From positions 96,001 through 160,000 of IMG/VR virus record IMGVR_UViG_3300029288_000060: a DNA stretch of 64,000 nt. One strand, 5' to 3'. Positions 60,299 through 64,000 of the stretch are shown here, one piece after another. The translations under genes were made by a program, and so were the position numbers. This stretch comes from a virus. Its lineage: Duplodnaviria > Caudoviricetes. The notes below the pieces were generated by a model, which saw nothing but the letters and a program-made list of their open reading frames with translations, had not been told where the DNA came from and did not search any database. How positions within the stretch are numbered: position 1 is the stretch's first letter; each line of letters starts with the position of its first letter.

Positions 60299-61199
60299 TA
60301 ATAACTCCTCCTTCATCTTTATACTCAACAATATTATTTTCTGTCAATATTCTTATAACAACAACATTAATATTTAGTTTTCTTAACATAACAAATAAAT
60401 AAAATACCATATTTTCAACTTGAAGATTTTGATTTGTATTTATTTTTTCAACAACCAAATTTTTTAAAATTATTGATATTTCATCAAAATCTATATTTGT
60501 AAAATTATTAAAATCTACTCTTTTACCTATAGCTAATTCTAATATAATTTTTTTATCTATTGTATAAGATAAATCATAATTCATGTCCAATTCTATTTTT
60601 TTGTATATTGTAATCTTTGGACCAGAATGGATTTTCCTATGACAACTCTCACATAATAATATTAAATTTTCTTCAGTATTGTTTCTATGATTTTCATCTA
60701 AATGGTGAACTCTCAACGATTCAAAACTATTACAAATTGCACACTGATTGCCATATTTATTTCTTATTTTATCTCTATAATTATTTTTATTAGTAAGTTT
60801 TTTATTTTTGCAAACTTTTGATGCACATTGACGACTACAAAACCTAGCTTTAGACGTGATTTTTGTATAAAAAGCTTCACCGCAATATTCACAGTTTACC
60901 GAAATAATAGGTGTTTTTTTAAATTCTGCTGCGCATTTGACTGAACAAAATGCTTGATTCCATTTTATTGGATTTCCACAACACTTACATAGATTTCTTT
61001 CATTGCTGTATTGAACTTTAATTTGATTTTCTATACATATTTTTGATAATTTTTCACTTCTGAAAATCATGTTTGGGTATTCTTCTCTGAATAATTTAAA
61101 CGTTTTACCATGGGTTTTTAAATGAGCTTCTGTTATTTGTTTTGTTTTTTTACCACAATAAGGACACTCCACATAATCAATACCATTTATTTCTTCCAT
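60282..61199 (-). CDS. Zn-finger/HNH endonuclease fused to a degenerate QueD-like domain
   Basis: CPYC..H..H, FCSxxC repeats, CAIC..VHHLDENHRNN..NL..LCESCH; C-terminus aligns to the neighbouring QueD. Confidence 0.7.
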   Translation of the reverse strand: MEEINGIDYVECPYCGKKTKQITEAHLKTHGKTFKLFREEYPNMIFRSEKLSKICIENQIKVQYSNERNLCKCCGNPIKWNQAFCSVKCAAEFKKTPIISVNCEYCGEAFYTKITSKARFCSRQCASKVCKNKKLTNKNNYRDKIRNKYGNQCAICNSFESLRVHHLDENHRNNTEENLILLCESCHRKIHSGPKITIYKKIELDMNYDLSYTIDKKIILELAIGKRVDFNNFTNIDFDEISIILKNLVVEKINTNQNLQVENMVFYLFVMLRKLNINVVVIRILTENNIVEYKDEGGVINVLRD

Positions 61200-61217
61200 T
61201 TTATCTCCTTTCTTATT

Positions 61218-61225
61218 TTTGTTCT
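61218..61225 (-). promoter_or_regulatory. AGAACAAA candidate phage promoter element
   Basis: Upstream of the AAGGAG SD of gene 61199. Confidence 0.5.
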
Positions 61226-61278
61226 ATTTAGAAAGGAGGATTGTTATTTTTAATCCTATGCCCTACGCATAAAAATAT

Positions 61279-61575
61279 TTAAACCTCCTTTGAGCCATAC
61301 ATAATATTGTAGTGTTTGTCTTTAGTCTCATCGTAATTAGTTATATTAATTTCTACATGATAACCATTTGATTTACAATAATCTTGTAAACACTGCATTA
61401 AAATACTAAGATTGTTTTTTACACACTCATCCTTATATTTTGCTCTTTTACCTATGGCTTTTTCTAACCAATTTAGTTTCTTTCCGTCACCATGACACTT
61501 TTTACATGTCTCATATAAATTAATTGTTCTAATTATTTTAGTTCCTTTACCATTACATTCTTCACAAGTTTTCAT
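61279..61575 (-). CDS. DnaJ-type CxxCxGxG zinc-finger protein
   Basis: CEECNGKG, CKKCHGDG. Confidence 0.65.
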   Translation of the reverse strand: MKTCEECNGKGTKIIRTINLYETCKKCHGDGKKLNWLEKAIGKRAKYKDECVKNNLSILMQCLQDYCKSNGYHVEINITNYDETKDKHYNIMYGSKEV

Positions 61576-62875
61576 ATTGATCCACCACAAATTGTTCAAT
61601 ATTATTGATGTTATCTTTTATACTTTTAAGTTTCTCAGATAATTCATTGAAGTCTGCTTTAAAAGATAAAAGTTTGGTTATCCTATATTTTTGAAATAAT
61701 TCTTTAATTTTTATTGTTTCTTCTTTAATTTCATCTGAAATTAAACGAATTATCTCATCTGTGTCTAATTCTTTATTTGTTAAATACTTTTTTAAGGATG
61801 GTTTCACTTTTTCTAATAATTTTACTTCAATAATTGAGTCTATTAACTTCAATTCAATAGATTTTAACATTTTCATATTTACTTTTGTATAAATTTCAAA
61901 AGTATTTTTTATCATTTTATCAATAGATATATTTTTTACATTTTTTGTTTTATGATCTACAACCACCGTATCAAAAGTTAAACTACTTGTCATTACATCA
62001 TTTAATTTCTTAGCAAAAGATTTGAAAATTTGATCTCTATTTCTTGATTTTAACACTTCAAAAACAATATGAGTACCACCATTTTCAGATGAAGATTCAT
62101 CTATCCAACCAATATCTTGATTAGTTAATTCTTTTTCAAATTTACCTAAAATTGTTTCAAACTTTTTTCCAGGTGGGAATGTTTTAATTACTGCTTTGCA
62201 TTTAGATGGTTCCAATTTAAAAATTCCTTGAAAACTTATTTGTCCTTTTCCAGTCGTTAAAAGATTTTCAAAATCTTTATCAGTTGACAATAACTTACAA
62301 TTAGTTAAAGGTTTAATTATTGGATTTTCCTTTTTCTTTCCTAATAAAAATAATAATCTATCTCTTAAATCTTTAATACTATAACAAGGAATTAATGTTT
62401 TATAACCAAATCCAATTCCTGTTGTATAATCTTTTCCTAGAAAACATAAAGGAAACATAGTTGGAAAATATTCTGGTTCATCATCTAATTCTGCTTCCAC
62501 CCAGTCCACATAATCAACTAATCTTAAAGAAATATCATAAATTTGTTTATTTAATTTACATTCAGTGTATCTCATAGCAGCAGGAGGAGATGGCTCAACA
62601 CCAATATTATTTCCAAAGTTTCCTTGTCCATCTAAAAAACCTTGATTTACTAATTGACATATTGTTCCATATGAACTTGCGTGTGGATGCCATCTACCTA
62701 AAGTATTGCCATCTACTCTTGCTGATTTGACAAATTTATCTTTTGCCATTGTATACGCTGATAATAAAACTCTTCTTTCAACGGGTTTTAATCCATCAAT
62801 ATCTAGAGGAAATGCTCTAGAATGGTTAACATATTTACCATATTCTTTATATAAACTTGGAATTAATTTATCCAA
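61562..62875 (-). CDS. type II topoisomerase A subunit (GyrA/ParC, T4 gp52-like)
   Basis: DGLKPVERR, KSAR, HPH, GQGNFG, AAMRYT catalytic Tyr. Confidence 0.95.
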   Translation of the reverse strand: MDKLIPSLYKEYGKYVNHSRAFPLDIDGLKPVERRVLLSAYTMAKDKFVKSARVDGNTLGRWHPHASSYGTICQLVNQGFLDGQGNFGNNIGVEPSPPAAMRYTECKLNKQIYDISLRLVDYVDWVEAELDDEPEYFPTMFPLCFLGKDYTTGIGFGYKTLIPCYSIKDLRDRLLFLLGKKKENPIIKPLTNCKLLSTDKDFENLLTTGKGQISFQGIFKLEPSKCKAVIKTFPPGKKFETILGKFEKELTNQDIGWIDESSSENGGTHIVFEVLKSRNRDQIFKSFAKKLNDVMTSSLTFDTVVVDHKTKNVKNISIDKMIKNTFEIYTKVNMKMLKSIELKLIDSIIEVKLLEKVKPSLKKYLTNKELDTDEIIRLISDEIKEETIKIKELFQKYRITKLLSFKADFNELSEKLKSIKDNINNIEQFVVDQYENL

Positions 62876-63126
62876 TTTTCTTCTCCTCTGTAAACAATTT
62901 CATCTAAATATCTCTCTAAGGATGCTGATCCTTTTCCAGTTAAAATTTCTACATCATTTTTATAATATGTCCAATCAGACATTCTTACATCAACTTTTTC
63001 TTCATTCTTTATCCATTGATGCGACCAAGTTTTTTGACCTACCCCATTATAAGTAAATTCATATTTTCTTAAAATTTTATTATAATTTTCAATTTCAATT
63101 ATAATATCAGTAAGGTTAACATTCAT
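62863..63126 (-). CDS. hypothetical protein
   Basis: 87 aa between the topo genes. Confidence 0.55.
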   Translation of the reverse strand: MNVNLTDIIIEIENYNKILRKYEFTYNGVGQKTWSHQWIKNEEKVDVRMSDWTYYKNDVEILTGKGSASLERYLDEIVYRGEENWIN

Positions 63127-63377
63127 TCAATATCTCCATTTTCTCTAATTTTCGTATTTTCATATGGAGATACAATTCTTCTATAAAATTCTAATTTCGC
63201 GCATTCAATTTCACCTATTATAGAAGATATTGTACTAAACTTTTTATTTCGTTCAGTCAACTTCTTAAAAATTGAATATAAACAATATGTTAACTCACCT
63301 GGTTTATCAATCACTTCAACTAAATTTTCTATTTGTTTATCAAATATTTTCCTAGAATCTTCTTTTATATATGGCAT
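63123..63377 (-). CDS. phage protein (MPYIK..GEL.Y family)
   Basis: MPYIKE, PGELTY, AKLEFYRR..PYE..K..ENGD. Confidence 0.7.
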   Translation of the reverse strand: MPYIKEDSRKIFDKQIENLVEVIDKPGELTYCLYSIFKKLTERNKKFSTISSIIGEIECAKLEFYRRIVSPYENTKIRENGDIE

Positions 63378-63379
63378 AT

Positions 63380-64000
63380 TTACCCTTTTAATAATTCTCT
63401 TTTAATATTTACATCAGAAAATAATTGAGTAATTTTTTCTATATTTTCTGTATATTCAACTTTTTGTAGTTTTCTAGTTTTCTCATCAAGACAACATATT
63501 TTTAATTGCCATGAATTCAACTCTCCTAACCCTTTCAATCTTATAATATTTTTTCCTTCTTGTCTTGATTTAGTTAATTCTTCTGCTGTCCACAATGGAG
63601 TAAAAGATTTTTTTTCATTAATTGCATATAATGGAATTAATGATAGATAAAAATGACCTTGTTTAATTACTTCAGGAACTAATATTGCTAAAGCAATTGT
63701 CATTAAACAAAAGATATGTCCACCATCTGCATCAGGATCTGTTGTACAAATAATTTTATCATATTTTAACTTTGTTATGTCAAAATTTGGACCAATTCCA
63801 GTACCTAATGAACCTATTAATTCACTTATTTCTTTATTTTTTAAAATATCATCTTTATTATTAATAATGGATGGAATTTTACCCCTTAATGGTAATACAG
63901 CATGTAACCTAGAATTTCTACATTCAATAAAACCGCCACCAGCAGAGTCTCCTTCAACTACATATAATTCACCACTGTTCCCTGTACAATCTCTTAGTTT
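63380..64000 (-). CDS. type II topoisomerase B subunit, TOPRIM C-terminal part (5' end outside the window)
   Basis: Frame is open to 64000: LYVVEGDSAGG, PLRGK, TDPDADGGHI, RLKGLGE. Confidence 0.95.
   Translation of the reverse strand, partial: KLRDCTGNSGELYVVEGDSAGGGFIECRNSRLHAVLPLRGKIPSIINNKDDILKNKEISELIGSLGTGIGPNFDITKLKYDKIICTTDPDADGGHIFCLMTIALAILVPEVIKQGHFYLSLIPLYAINEKKSFTPLWTAEELTKSRQEGKNIIRLKGLGELNSWQLKICCLDEKTRKLQKVEYTENIEKITQLFSDVNIKRELLKG

Noticed and set aside
1-64000. Stop-codon reassignment, tRNA genes, inteins
   Set aside because: Conserved genes are intact in the standard code and end at TAA, TAG and TGA. No cloverleaf was seen in the intergenic gaps. Terminase, RNAP, helicase and topoisomerase show no intein-sized insertions.

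Overview
This is a very AT-rich, gene-dense fragment of a large (jumbo-type) myovirus-like phage genome, read with the standard code. From left to right it holds: (1) a minus-strand tRNA/RNA-repair-type operon (CCA-adding enzyme, NADAR, Pol-beta nucleotidyltransferase, alpha-helical/TerD-like protein) led by an unannotated array of five covarying RNA hairpins at 5788-6107; (2) a plus-strand tail/baseplate module whose tail-tube gene is split by a group I intron, with two free-standing homing-type endonucleases; (3) tape-measure/lysozyme and terminase genes; (4) FolE2 and unsplit beta and beta' RNA polymerase subunits; (5) a phage-encoded ubiquitin-like conjugation cluster (Ubl, two E1/ThiF, two E2-like, JAB); (6) radical SAM, SbcCD, a PurA-like ligase with a vWA protein, SF2 helicase, QueD and type II topoisomerase. 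A five-member family with an N-terminal MKIKQDFVTNSSS motif is scattered across the window. The strongest candidate for an undescribed system is the structured-RNA array with the downstream ROT/TROVE-like-TerD protein and RNA-repair genes. All protein calls come from motif recognition by eye; no searches were run.
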